64,000 bases of DNA from an uncultured Gemmatimonadales bacterium. Lineage in GTDB: Bacteria > Gemmatimonadota > Gemmatimonadetes > Gemmatimonadales > GWC2-71-9. The first letter of the stretch is position 1, and each line of letters begins with the position of its first letter. Location of the stretch: positions 11,732 to 75,731 of the forward strand of contig CAWDPF010000012.1 of NCBI GenBank assembly GCA_963804125.1, read 5' to 3'. Position numbers and translations under genes: made by a program. A model generated the notes under the pieces. The model had not been told where the DNA came from. It saw only the letters and a list, made by a program, of their open reading frames with translations, and searched no databases. Below are positions 1 to 11,690 of the stretch, piece by piece.

Positions 1-340
1 GGCGCTCGAGGCCACCAAGCAGTGCGGCGCCGCGTGGGCGGTCGAGGTCGACGCGCCGGCCGCGCTCGCGGCATTCATTGAGCGGAACGAGATCGAGCGG
101 AACGAGCCGGGTCTCCGCTGGCTGGCCGATGCCGCCGGCGAAGCCCCGCCGGCCGCGCTCGACGGCGTCGGCGGTCACGATCGTAATCGGGCCCGAGGGC
201 GGCCTGGAAGACCAGGAGCGCGCCGCCCTCCGCGACGCCGGCTTCCGCCCGCTGGCCCTGGCCGCCCACACGCTCCGCTTCGAGACCGCCGCGCTGGCCG
301 CGGCGGCGGCGGTCGACGACCGCCAGACTCAGGGGGACCC

Positions 341-350
<10 letters not shown>
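1..350 (+). CDS. rsmE: 16S rRNA (uracil-1498-N3)-methyltransferase RsmE, 3' part
   Basis: C-terminal SPOUT motif IVIGPEGGL...LRFETAALAA in ORF 78..398; 5' end outside window; exact stop uncertain. Confidence 0.85.
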
Positions 351-1159
<809 letters not shown>

Positions 1160-1240
1160 CTCTCAACTCTATCACCTTGAACCTTCCTGACCCCAATCAC
1201 TTACCGGCGGCTCGTGACATTCCTCCGCCCCGTGGGCCAA

Positions 1241-1316
1241 CTCGCCCGCTCTCCGCCTTACCGTCCTTCCGTCTTTCCGTCCTTCCGTCTTTCAGTCCTT
1301 CCGTCCTTCCGTCTCT
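1241..1316 (+). repeat. Pyrimidine-rich octamer tandem array (CCGTCCTT-like, 8 units)
   Basis: ccgcctta ccgtcctt ccgtcttt ccgtcctt ccgtcttt cagtcctt ccgtcctt ccgtctct at 1253-1316. Confidence 0.85.
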
Positions 1317-1416
1317 AAACACCATCCCGCTTGCCCACGCTCCTCCCCCCTCCCTAAATTCCCCAACTTATTCCGCTTACTGCCCTTAACCGGGCTCGAG
1401 AGGGGTGAGACAGCGA

Positions 1417-1614
1417 ATGCCAGAAGTCATCATCCACGATGACGAGAGCTTCGAGCGGGCGCTCAAGCGGTTCAAGAAGAAGTGCGAGAAGGCCGGGATC
1501 CTTTCGGATCTCCGCAAGCACCGGCACTTCGAGAAGCCGAGCGAGAAGCGAAAGCGGAAGTTGAACGCCGCAGTGCGCAAGACTCGTCGTGGACCCCGTG
1601 TCTCCAGAGCCTAG
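1417..1614 (+). CDS. rpsU: 30S ribosomal protein S21
   Basis: [33 protein letters not shown]. Confidence 0.96.
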   Translation: MPEVIIHDDESFERALKRFKKKCEKAGILSDLRKHRHFEKPSEKRKRKLNAAVRKTRRGPRVSRA

Positions 1615-2047
1615 TATCGGTGAGGCCCTGCGGGCGGCGATGAATGCCGCCCGCAGGGCCCAGGACAAGGATCGGACGCTCGTGCTGGGAACGATCCTCG
1701 CGAACCTGAAGAACCGGGAGATCGAGCTCCGGCGCCCCACCACCGATGACGACGTCGTGGATGTGCTGCGGAAGGGGATCAAGACCCGCCGGGAGTCGGT
1801 CGAGCAGTACACCGCCGCCAACCGGACCGACCTGGCCGAGAACGAGCGGTCGCAGATCAAGGTGCTCGAGGAATTCCTGCCACCGGAGATCGATCCCGAA
1901 GAGATCCGCGGCGCGGTGCGGGCCGCCATCGCCGGCGGCGCCACGGACATCGGCAAGGTCATGGGCCAGGTGATGCCGAAGTTCAAGGGCCGGGCCGACG
2001 GCAAGGTCATCAACCAGATCGTCCGCGAGGAGCTGCAGGCAGGCTGA
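1589..2047 (+). CDS. GatB/YqeY domain protein
   Basis: [21 protein letters not shown]-terminus; typical position after rpsU. Confidence 0.9.
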   Translation: MDPVSPEPSIGEALRAAMNAARRAQDKDRTLVLGTILANLKNREIELRRPTTDDDVVDVLRKGIKTRRESVEQYTAANRTDLAENERSQIKVLEEFLPPEIDPEEIRGAVRAAIAGGATDIGKVMGQVMPKFKGRADGKVINQIVREELQAG

Positions 2048-4501
2048 TGTCGTCGTCCCCACTCGTTTCTCCCCACGGGGTGCCGGCCCACGCACAGGGC
2101 GGCACCCCGTCGCCTTTGCCCCCGGGTCAGAGCGCCGACGCGCTCGAGACGATCGAGTTCGGCCAGGTGGTCGAGCTCGTCGCCGGGCGCGCCGTGGGCC
2201 CGCTCGGCGCGGCGCGCGTGCGCGCGCGCCGGCCCACCGACGACCTCGCGTGGATCACGGGCGAGCTCGCGCGCGTGGGCGAGGTGGCCGGGCTGTTCCG
2301 CCGGGGCGACGCGCTCCTGGCCGAGCCGATTCCCGACGTGGGCCGCGCGCTGGGACGGCTCCGGATCGAGGGCAGCGTGCTCGAGGGCGTGGACCTCGCG
2401 GCGCTCCAGCGCGTGCTGGTGGCCGCGCGGCTCATGCAGGCCGATCTGCGTCGCGTGGCCGATACGGCGCCCCTCGCCGGCGCGCTGGCCCGGCCGCTGC
2501 CCGACAAGGCGCTCGAGCGGCGGCTGGAGCAGTCGGTCGATACGGACGGCACGCTGCTCGACACCGCGAGCCCGCGCCTCGCCGCGGCGCGGCGCGAGGT
2601 GCACGCGGCCCGCCAGCGGCTCATCCGGAAGCTCGAGTCGCTGCTCCGCGGGCTCGACGCCACGAGCGCGCCGGTCGACGCCAGCGTGACCGTGCGTGGC
2701 GGCCGCTACGTGATCCCCGTGCGGCGCGACTCGCGGAGCCGGCCGGGCGGGATCATCCACGACGAGAGCGGCAGCGCCGGCACGCTCTTCATCGAGCCCG
2801 CCGAGGCGATCGAGCTCGGCAACGCGCTCCGCGAGGCGGAGGTCGACGAGGAGCGCGAGGCGCTTCGCGTCCTGCGCGAGCTCACCGACCTGCTCCGGCC
2901 CGAGCTGCCGGCGCTCCGCGAGCTGGTCGAGATGTGCGTGGCGGTCGACGATCTCGTCGCCCGCGCGCGCTACGCGGTGGCGGTGGAGGGCGAGGTGCCC
3001 GAGGTGGCGCCGGCGCCGGCCGATCTCGTCGTGGTCAACGGCCGCCACCCGCTGCTGCTCGCGGGCGCGGAGCCGGTGATCCCGTTCGACCTGAATCTCC
3101 CCGCCGGCGAGCGGACGCTGCTCATCAGCGGCCCCAACACCGGCGGCAAGACCGTGCTCCTCAAGGCGGTGGGTCTCGCCGCCGCCCTCGCGCAGAGCGG
3201 GATCGTGCCGCCGGTCGGGCCCGGCAGCCGGCTCCCGGTCTTCCGCCGCTTCTACGCCGACATCGGCGACCGCCAGAGTATCGCCGCCAGCCTGTCGACC
3301 TTCAGCGCGCACGTGCGGATGCTGCGCCGGATCCTCGACGACGCGGACGACGCGACGCTCGTGCTGCTCGACGAGGTCGGAAGCGGCACCGATCCGGCGG
3401 AAGGCGCGGCGCTTGCCGCCGCGGCGCTCGTGAGCCTGACCGCCCGCGGCGCGCTCACGCTCGCCACCACCCACCTGGGCTCGCTCAAGGACGTGGCGAG
3501 CCACACGCCGGGGGTGGTGAACGCCTCGCTCCAGTTCGATGCGGCCACGCTTACGCCCACATACCGTTTCCTCAAGGGCGTGCCGGGGCGCTCCTACGGC
3601 CTCGCCATCGCGCGCCGCCTGGGCGTGTCGCCCGACATCGTGGCTGACGCGGAGGCGCGCGTGCCGGACGCGGAGCGGAGCCTCGATGCGCTGCTCGCCG
3701 CGGTCGAGGAGCGGCAGCGCGACCTGGCCGCGGCCCGGGCCGCGCTCGCCGAGCGCGAGGTCGAGATCGACACGCTCGGCGCGCGTCTCACGGCCCAGCA
3801 GGAGGCCCAGGCCGCGCGCGAGGCGGAGCTCAAGCGCCGCGAGAAGGACGCCGAGCGCGCCGGTCGCCAGCAGGCGCGCGCCTACCTGCTCGAGGCGCGC
3901 CAGCGGGTGGAGGAGGCCCTCGGCGCCGCCCGCGCCGCCTCCGACGACGCGGCGCGCGAAGCGCGGCGGCTGGTCGAGGAGGGCATCCGGGAGCAGGGCG
4001 TGGAGCTGGAGCGCGTCGAGCGGGCCGAGAAGGTGGAACGAACCGAGCCGGCCGGGGCGGTGGGAGTCGGCGATCGCGTGCGGCTCGCGGGCGGCGGCGC
4101 CGGCCAGGTGCTCGAGATCCGACCCGACGGCAAGCTCGTCGTGGCCATCGGCGCGATGAAGATGGTCGTGGAGGCCGACCAGGCCACCCGCACCGCCGCG
4201 TGAAAGTTCCCAGGCCGCGGCGAGCCCGCCGCATCCGGCGCCCGCGGCCACCGACTCGCTCCTGGAGATCGACCTCCGCGGCATGACGGGCGACGAGGCG
4301 GAGATGGCCACGGTCGCCGCGGTGGACGCGGCCGTGCTGGCGGAGCAGCCGTACCTGCGCATCATTCATGGCATGGGTACCGGGGTGGTGCGGGAGCGCG
4401 TGCGGCGGGTGGTCTCGGGCGACCGGCGCGTCGCGCGCTTCGGCTTCGCGCCGCGCAACCAGGGCGGCACCGGCGTCACGATCGTGGAGTTCCCGGCGTG
4501 A
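2047..4501 (+). CDS. mutS2: Endonuclease MutS2 with C-terminal Smr domain (frameshift near 4200)
   Basis: ISGPNTGGKT Walker A, LSTFSAH, LLDEVGSGTDP; Smr motif IIHGMGTG in ORF 4283..4501. Confidence 0.92.
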
Positions 4502-4503
4502 GC

Positions 4504-6385
4504 ATGATTCCCGACGAGATCGTCGAGCAGGTGCGCGACAGCGCGGACCTGGTCGGGATCATCGGGGAGGCGGTCGAGCTCAAGCGCACCGGCTCCGACT
4601 ACCGCGGGCCCTGTCCCTTCCACGGCGGCACCCACCGCAACTTCTCCGTCATCCCGAAGAAGGGGCGCTACTACTGCTTCGTCTGCCACGAGAGCGGCGA
4701 CGTCTTCTCATGGCTGATGAAGCGGCTCGGCATGGACTACCCCACCGCGGTGCGGGAGGTGGCGCGGCGCGTCGGCATCGTGATTCCCGAGCGGGCGGCG
4801 CGGGCGGGTCCCGATCCGCTGGAGCCGCTGTTCGGTGCGGTGGCGGTGGCGCAGGATTGGTTCACGCGCCAGTTGCTGGAGTCGGCGGAGGCGAAGGGCG
4901 CGCGCGACTATCTCGAGGGCCGCGAGATCTCGCTCGACACCGCGGCGCTGTACGGCCTGGGCTACGCTCCGCCCGGGAAGGCCTTCCTCGCGGCGATGAC
5001 GGAGCTCGGGCTCGAGACCCGGGTGCTGCTCGATGCCGGCGTCGCCGCCACGCGCGACGACGGGAGCATCGTGCCCCGCTTCCGGTCGCGCCTGCTGTTC
5101 CCGATCCACGATCTGCGCGGCCGGGCCTGCGGCTTCGGCGGCCGGCTCCTCGGGCCCGGCGAGCCCAAGTACCTCAACTCGCCCGAGAACCAGATCTTCC
5201 ACAAGGGCCGCCAGCTCTACAACCTGCACCAGGCCAAGGGCGCCATCCGGAAGGAAGAGACCGTCATCCTGGTCGAGGGCTACTTCGACGTGCTTCGGCT
5301 GGTCCTCGCCGGGATCGAGCACGTGGTGGCACCGCTCGGCACCTCGCTCACGTCCGACCAGGCGACGCTGCTCCGCCGTTTCGCGCCCGCCGCCATCCTG
5401 CTCTACGACAGCGACCAGGCCGGCCTCCGCGCCACCTTCCGCGCCGGCGACGAGCTGCTCCGCCACAGCGTCCGGGTCCGGGTCGCCACGATGCCCGCCG
5501 GCGAGGATCCCGACACGCTCGTGCGCCGGGGCGGCGCCGCCGCGCTCGAGCCGATCCTTGGCGACGCCATCGACCTGCTCGAGCGCAAGGTGCAGCTCCT
5601 CGAGCAGAAGGGCTGGTTCGAGGGCGTGGATCACCAGCGCGAGGCGCTCGACCGCCTCCTGCCCACGCTCCGCGCGGCGGCCGACCCGATCACGCGCGAT
5701 CTCTACGTCAAGGAAGTCTCCGAGCGCACCGGCGTGACCCGCGAAGTGCTCCTGCAGCAGGTGACCGCGCGGCCCGACCCGGCCTATGCCCGGGTGCCCG
5801 AGGGCCGCACGCGCTCGTCGAGCGACGGCCCCGGCGCGCGCGACGATATTCCGTCGCCGGACGGGCGGGACTCGGCCGGCCGCCCCGTGCGGCGCGCCGG
5901 GACGGGCGCGCCGGGTCGACGCGGCCGAGCGCGAGCTGCTGCGCGTGCTCATGCGGGAGCCCGCCTGGCTCGCCCGCGCGGCGACCGAGGTGCCGCCCGA
6001 GTGGTTCGAGACCACGGAGCTTCGCGAGGTGTACGAGGCGTTGCTCCGCAGTCCCGAAAACGCCGGGTCCCCGATATTCTTGGAACAGTTGTCTCCGGGC
6101 GGCCGTCGCGCGTGGGCGTGGCTCGACAGCATCGAGGCGAAGTACGGCGTGCCGGATCCGGACCGGACCTATGTGGACGCGTGCCGGACGCTGGAAGTGC
6201 GGCCACTCCGCCGGCAGCTCGCCGCGCTCAACCGCGAGATCCGCGGGCGCGAGCGGGCGATGACGTCCGAAGATTTCGACGCGCTCGTGCTGGAGCGCGC
6301 CCGGTTGAACCGGGAGATCGCCACGCGGTTCCCCGAGGAAATGTTGAAACGCTCCATGCGAAGAGGCGACGTCGATGCACGCTGA
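4504..6385 (+). CDS. dnaG: DNA primase (frameshift near 5900)
   Basis: CPFH zinc finger, KYLNSPE, VEGYFD and YDSD TOPRIM motifs. Confidence 0.95.
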
Positions 6386-7094
6386 CCTGGTGAAGCTCCT
6401 CGACCTGCAATCCAAGGATGCCGCGATCGATGACATCGACCGCAGGCTCCGGGAGCTTCAGGGGGAAGTCGGGGCCCTCGACCGCGCGGTCCAGCGCGCG
6501 CGGGACGCGCTCGACAGCGCCCGCCGGGCCGCCGCCGACGGGGCGCGCCGCCGGGACGAGCTCGAGGCCAAGGTGGACAGCTACCGGATCCTCCAGGACC
6601 GGCGGGTGCAGCGGCTCGAGACGGTGCGGAACCCGAAGGAGGCGTCGACGCTCATGGCGGAGCTCGAGCTCGCCCGATCGGTGATGGCCAAGGAGGAGAC
6701 CGAGTGGGTCCGGAGCGCGGAGGCCGTCACCGGGCTCGAGCGCAAGGTCTCCGAGGAGGAGAGCAAGGTGGCCGCCGCCGATCTCGAGCAGGCGCCCGAG
6801 CGCGCGCGGCTCGAGGAGCGGAGGCTGGATCTCGTCGCCGAGCGCGAGGCGGCGGTGCGGGACCGGGAAGCGAGCGCCGACCAGATCGACAAGCCGCTCC
6901 GGACGCGCTACGACCGCCTGCGGCGCTCGCGCGCGAAGGATGTCGTGGTCCCGCTCGTCGGCGGCACCTGCGGCGCCTGCCACACTTCCATCCCCCTCAA
7001 CCGCCGCAGCCAGATCCGGAGCGGCGCCATCATCGACGGCTGCGAGGGGTGCGGCGCGATTCTGTACCCGGCGGAGCCGGCAGGATCGGCATGA
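6375..7094 (+). CDS. Coiled-coil protein with C4 zinc ribbon (DUF164-like)
   Basis: long coiled coil then CGAC...CEGC. Confidence 0.85.
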   Translation: MHADLVKLLDLQSKDAAIDDIDRRLRELQGEVGALDRAVQRARDALDSARRAAADGARRRDELEAKVDSYRILQDRRVQRLETVRNPKEASTLMAELELARSVMAKEETEWVRSAEAVTGLERKVSEEESKVAAADLEQAPERARLEERRLDLVAEREAAVRDREASADQIDKPLRTRYDRLRRSRAKDVVVPLVGGTCGACHTSIPLNRRSQIRSGAIIDGCEGCGAILYPAEPAGSA

Positions 7095-8845
7095 AGCCCG
7101 GGGTGGAGGGTACCCTCCCGCTGGTGAGCGTCTTCCCGGCGCCGGTGCTCCGGTGGATGATGGTGCCGCCGCCCGATCCGGCCGTGGTCGACCGGCTCGC
7201 GCGGGCGCTCGGCATTCCCGCCGCGCTCGCGGCGCTGCTGGTGCAGCGCGGCCAGGCCACCGAGGCGGACGCGCGCACGTTCCTTCGCCCCGCCGTGACC
7301 GGGCTGTCGGACCCCGGCGCGCTCGCCGGCATGAGCGAGGCGGTCGAGGCCATCGCCGCCGCCGTGCGGGCCGGCGGCACCATCCTCGTGCACGGCGACT
7401 ACGACGTCGACGGCCAGTGCGCCACGGCGCTGCTCACCCGGGCGCTCCGCGCGGCGGGCGCGGACGTCGTGGGATTCGTGCCGCACCGGCTGCGCGACGG
7501 CTACGACTTCGGGCCCGCCGGCCTGGCCGCGGCGCAGCGAGCCGGCGCCTCGCTGGTCGTCACCTGCGACTGCGGCATCACCGCCGTGGACACGGTGCGC
7601 GCGGCGCGGGCTGCCGGCATCGGGGTCGTCGTCACCGACCACCACCTGCCCGGCGCCGAGCTGCCGCCGGCGCTCGCCGTCGTCGATCCGCAGCGCGCGG
7701 ACGACACCTCGGGCGCGACGGGCGCTCTGCGGCACCGGCATCGCCTTCAAGCTGGTGCAGGCGCTGGTTCCCGCGCTCGGCCTCCCGCCCAACCTGCCGT
7801 ACCACCTGCTCGACCTGGTGGCGCTGGCCACGGTGGCCGACGTCGTGCCGCTCGTCGGCGAGAACCGCATCCTGGTCCGCCACGGGCTCCGGCTCCTGGC
7901 CGACAGCCGGTGGCCGGGGCTCCGGGCGCTCGTCGCGGCCAGCGGACTGGAAGGGAAGGAGCTCCGCGCCGGACACATGGGCTACATCCTCGGCCCGCGG
8001 CTCAACGCGGCGGGTCGGGTCGGGGATGCGGCCGAGGGTCTCCGGCTCCTGCTGACCGACGATCCGGCCGAGGCCGCCGAGCTGGCGCGGCGGCTGGAGG
8101 GGCTCAACGTCGAGCGCCAGTCGCTCGATCAGCGGATGCTGGAGGAGGCGCTCGCGCAGGTGGAGCAGGCCGGCGATCCCGAGCGGGACGCCAGCTTCGT
8201 GCTCGCGGGCGACGGCTGGCATCCGGGCGTGGTGGGGATCGTGGCGTCGCGCGTCGTCGAGCGGTACGGGCGGCCGGCGTTTCTCATCGCCTTCGACGGC
8301 GACATCGGCAAGGGCTCGGGGCGGAGCATCTCGCGGTTCGACCTGCACGCGGCACTCCTGGCCTGCGGCGACCTGCTCGAGCGCTACGGCGGCCACCAGA
8401 TGGCGGCGGGACTCACCATCCGGCGCGACCGGCTGGACGAGTTCCGCGAGCGGTTCGGCGGGATCGCCCGGGAGCGCTGGGGCCGGACGACCTCGGGCCG
8501 GAGCAGCGGGTGGACCTCGAGCTGGCGCTCCGCGAGGCCACGCCCGAGCTCGAGCGGATGTGCCGCCACCTGGAGCCGTGCGGGTCGGGGAACGCGAGCC
8601 CCGTGTTCGGGGTGCGCGGCGTGCGGCTCACCGGCCGCTCGCGCGTCGGCAGCGGCCACCTCAAGGGCACGCTGGACGACGGCACCACGCGGCTCCCCGC
8701 GATCGGCTTCCAGTGGGCCGACCGGGTGCCGTGGCTGGCCGATGGCCTGGTGGACGCGGCGTTCCGGCTGGAGCCGAACGAGTGGAACGGGCACACGACG
8801 CTGCAGGCGCGGCTGTGCGCGCTCTCGCCGCACGGGGGATCGTGA
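7091..8845 (+). CDS. recJ: ssDNA exonuclease RecJ (frameshifted in assembly)
   Basis: HGDYDVDG, VTDHH, PRLNAAGR, GSGRS and GGHQMAAG motifs. Confidence 0.93.
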   Translation: MKPGVEGTLPLVSVFPAPVLRWMMVPPPDPAVVDRLARALGIPAALAALLVQRGQATEADARTFLRPAVTGLSDPGALAGMSEAVEAIAAAVRAGGTILVHGDYDVDGQCATALLTRALRAAGADVVGFVPHRLRDGYDFGPAGLAAAQRAGASLVVTCDCGITAVDTVRAARAAGIGVVVTDHHLPGAELPPALAVVDPQRADDTSGATGALRHRHRLQAGAGAGSRARPPAQPAVPPARPGGAGHGGRRRAARRREPHPGPPRAPAPGRQPVAGAPGARRGQRTGREGAPRRTHGLHPRPAAQRGGSGRGCGRGSPAPADRRSGRGRRAGAAAGGAQRRAPVARSADAGGGARAGGAGRRSRAGRQLRARGRRLASGRGGDRGVARRRAVRAAGVSHRLRRRHRQGLGAEHLAVRPARGTPGLRRPARALRRPPDGGGTHHPARPAGRVPRAVRRDRPGALGPDDLGPEQRVDLELALREATPELERMCRHLEPCGSGNASPVFGVRGVRLTGRSRVGSGHLKGTLDDGTTRLPAIGFQWADRVPWLADGLVDAAFRLEPNEWNGHTTLQARLCALSPHGGS

Positions 8846-8855
8846 TCTCCCTGCT

Positions 8856-8925
8856 GAGTCACCCTGAGCGCAGCGAAGGGGGCATGACCCGAATCATGCC
8901 CCCTTCGCTGCGCTCAGGGTGACTC
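8856..8925. repeat. REP-like palindrome (perfect hairpin)
   Basis: gagtcaccctgagcgcagcgaagggggcatga...tcatgcccccttcgctgcgctcagggtgactc. Confidence 0.9.
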
Positions 8926-8944
8926 GCGCTGGCAGACCCGGCTC

Positions 8945-9460
8945 GTGCGCATCGTCGCCGGCGAGTTCGGCGGCCGACGGCTCAGCAGGCCGAAGGACGC
9001 CCGCGTCCGCCCCACCGCCGACCGCGTGCGCGAGGCGTGGATGAGCATCCTGGCCGACGCGATCCCGGGCGCCAGGGTGCTCGACCTCTACGCCGGCAGC
9101 GGCGCGCTCGGCCTCGAGGCGCTCTCGCGCGGCGCCGCCTCGGCCACGTTCGTCGAGCTCAATCCGCCGTCGCTCCGGGCACTTCAGGCCAACGTCGCGG
9201 CGCTCGGCGTCGCCGACCGCGCCACGGTGCATCGCGGCGACGCGCTCCGCTACGTGGAGGGCCTCCCGGCCGGCGCGTTCGACGTCGCGCTGGCCGATCC
9301 CCCCTACGCCCGGGACGACGCCGCGCGGCTGGTGGCACTCTTCCGCTCGACCCCATTCGCCCGCATTCTTTCCGTCGAGCACAGCGCCGCCGAGCGGCTG
9401 GACGGGGACAGCACCCGCCGGTACGGCGACACCGCCCTCACCTTCTTCCACGCCCCATGA
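8945..9460 (+). CDS. rsmD: 16S rRNA (guanine-966-N2)-methyltransferase RsmD
   Basis: RPTADRVREA, LDLYAGSGALGLEALSRG, DPPY. Confidence 0.93.
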   Translation: MRIVAGEFGGRRLSRPKDARVRPTADRVREAWMSILADAIPGARVLDLYAGSGALGLEALSRGAASATFVELNPPSLRALQANVAALGVADRATVHRGDALRYVEGLPAGAFDVALADPPYARDDAARLVALFRSTPFARILSVEHSAAERLDGDSTRRYGDTALTFFHAP

Positions 9461-9939
9461 CCCGAACCGCGATCTACCCGGGCTCGTTCGACCCGCTGAC
9501 GAAGGGCCACGAGGACCTGATCCGCCGGAGCCTGTCGCTCGCCGACCGGGTCATCGTCGCGGTGGCGGTGAACCCGTCGAAGCAGCCGCTGTTTCCCGTG
9601 GCCGAGCGGCTCGCGTTGCTGCAGGCGGCGGTGGGCGACGATCCGCGGGTGGCCTTCGAGTCGTTCGACGGCCTGCTGGCCGAGTTCGCCAAGAAGGTCG
9701 GCGCCTCGATCGTGGTCCGCGGGCTCCGCGCCGTGAGCGACTTCGAGTACGAGTTCCAGATGGCGCTGATGAACCGCCAGCTGCATCCCTCGCTGGAGAC
9801 CGTCTTCCTCGTGCCGGCCGTGGACCTCACGTATCTGAGCTCCAGCCTCGTGCGCGAGGTCGCCCGGTACGGCGGCGACGTGAGCGCGCTGGTCCATCCG
9901 GCGGTGGCGGCGGCGCTGGCCCGGCGGTATGGCCGATGA
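9457..9939 (+). CDS. coaD: Phosphopantetheine adenylyltransferase
   Basis: YPGSFDPLTKGH, RGLRAVSDFEYE, SSSLVRE. Confidence 0.96.
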   Translation: MTRTAIYPGSFDPLTKGHEDLIRRSLSLADRVIVAVAVNPSKQPLFPVAERLALLQAAVGDDPRVAFESFDGLLAEFAKKVGASIVVRGLRAVSDFEYEFQMALMNRQLHPSLETVFLVPAVDLTYLSSSLVREVARYGGDVSALVHPAVAAALARRYGR

Positions 9940-10863
9940 GCTTTCGCCAGTCGCTGCGGGAGCGCGCGGCCAAGCGTCCGGAAGCGGATCGTGCTGTGCG
10001 AGGGCGACGATGCCCGCGTCCGCGCCGCGGCCGAGCGCATCCGCGCCGAGCGGATCGCCGAGCCGATCGTGCTCGGCGGCGACGGCATCCGGCCGGCGGA
10101 CGATCCGCGCCTGGCGCGCATCGCGCAGTTTCTCCGCGACCGCCGGCCCGACCGGATCGTGGACGGCGTGCACGCGCTCGACCTGGCCGTCGATGCCGGT
10201 CAACTTCGGCGCGGCGCTCGTGGCCCTGGGCGAGGCCGACGCGGCGGTGGCCGGCGCCGTCGGCCCGACGCGGGACACGATCCGCGCCGCGCTCTGGGCC
10301 ATCGGCACCGCGTCCGGCGTGGATCTCGTGAGCTCGGCGTTCTACATGGTCCTCCCGGGCGACGAGGTGCTCACCTTCACCGACTGCGCCGTGGTGCCCG
10401 AGCCCACGCCGGAGCAGCTCGCGATGATCGCGCTCGCGCGCCGCGCGCGACCGCCCGCGCCTGGTGGGCGACTCGCCGCGGGTCGCCTTCCTCTCCTACA
10501 GCACCAACGGGAGCGCCGAGGGGCCGCGGGTGGCGCGCGTGCGCGAGGCGGCGCGCGCGGTTCCGCGAGCTGGCGCCCAACATCGTCTCCGACGGCGAGG
10601 TGCAGGCCGACGCCGCGCTCGTGGCCGAGGTGATGGAGCGGAAGGCGCCGGGCTCGGCCCTCGCGGGGCGCGCCAACGTGCTCGTCTTCCCGGACCTCGA
10701 CGCCGGCAACATCGCCTACAAGCTGGTCCAGCGGCTGGCCGGCGCCGCGGCCATCGGGCCGATGCTGCAGGGACTCGCCCGGCCGATGGCCGACCTGTCG
10801 CGCGGGGCCACGGCCGACGATATTGTCGAGGTGGCCGCCATGGTGGCGCTGCAGTGCGACTGA
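9936..10863 (+). CDS. pta: Phosphate acetyltransferase (frameshifted in assembly)
   Basis: [33 protein letters not shown]. Confidence 0.88.
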
Positions 10864-10875
10864 GACTGGGAGAGG

Positions 10876-11214
10876 ATGATGAGCTTCAGCCAGACCAAGG
10901 ACGCGAGCGGAGTGGCGGTGGTGCAGGTGGAAGGGCAGTTGATCGTCGGCAACCGCCAGGAGCTCAAGGAGCTGGTGCAGGCCGCGCTGGATCAGGGCGA
11001 GCGCCGGCTGCTGATCGACTTCTCGCGCACCGGCTACATCGACTCGTCGGGGCTCGGCGCGCTGGTGTCGATCTCCAAGAAGATCCGCGAGGCGGGCGGC
11101 GAGCTCCGGCTCTCGGGGCTCAACGAGGATCTCCGCTCCCTGTTCGAGCTCACCAAGCTCGACACGCTCTTCGCCATCGCCGAGACGCCCCAGCAGGCCC
11201 TCGCGAGCTTCTAG
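10876..11214 (+). CDS. STAS-domain anti-sigma factor antagonist (RsbV-like)
   Basis: YIDSSGLGALV phosphorylation motif. Confidence 0.92.
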   Translation: MMSFSQTKDASGVAVVQVEGQLIVGNRQELKELVQAALDQGERRLLIDFSRTGYIDSSGLGALVSISKKIREAGGELRLSGLNEDLRSLFELTKLDTLFAIAETPQQALASF

Positions 11215-11223
11215 CCCCGTCCG

Positions 11224-11690
11224 ATGCCGTCGCCGCTCCGCCTCTGCGTTCGCCGCTCGCCGGCCACGGAGGGAAGCGGCGCCGCGCACGCTGGTGACGC
11301 TCCGTCTCCCGAGCGAGGTGGAGTGCATCGAGGAAGCGGTCGAGCTGGTGACGCGCCACTGCCTCGCCGGCCACGACGCTCCGCACAAGACCCGGTTCCG
11401 GCTCCAGGTGGTGCTCTCCGAGGCGCTCAGCAACGCCATCATGCGCGGCAACCGCGAGGACCGCGGCAAGTGGGTGCACATCCGGGCCGAGCTCGGGCCC
11501 GGAGGCCATCCAGCTCGTCGTCACCGACGAGGGCGCCGGGTTCGATCCCGCCGCGGTGCCCGAGCCGATCCGCCCCGAGCAGCTCGACGAGGCCAATGGG
11601 CGGGGCCTCTATCTCATCCGGAAGCTCGTGGACGAGGTCAGCTTCAACGAGCAAGGGAACTCCATCTGCATGACACTGCGCCGTCCGTAG
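11224..11690 (+). CDS. Anti-sigma factor Ser kinase, RsbW-like (frameshifted)
   Basis: LSEALSNAIMRG N-box; DEGAGFD and GRGLYLI boxes in the shifted frame. Confidence 0.85.

Noticed and set aside
4201-4283. TGA read-through in mutS2 as a second selenoprotein
   Set aside because: The Smr domain is in a different frame from the TGA, so this is a frameshift, and no SECIS-like hairpin is evident.
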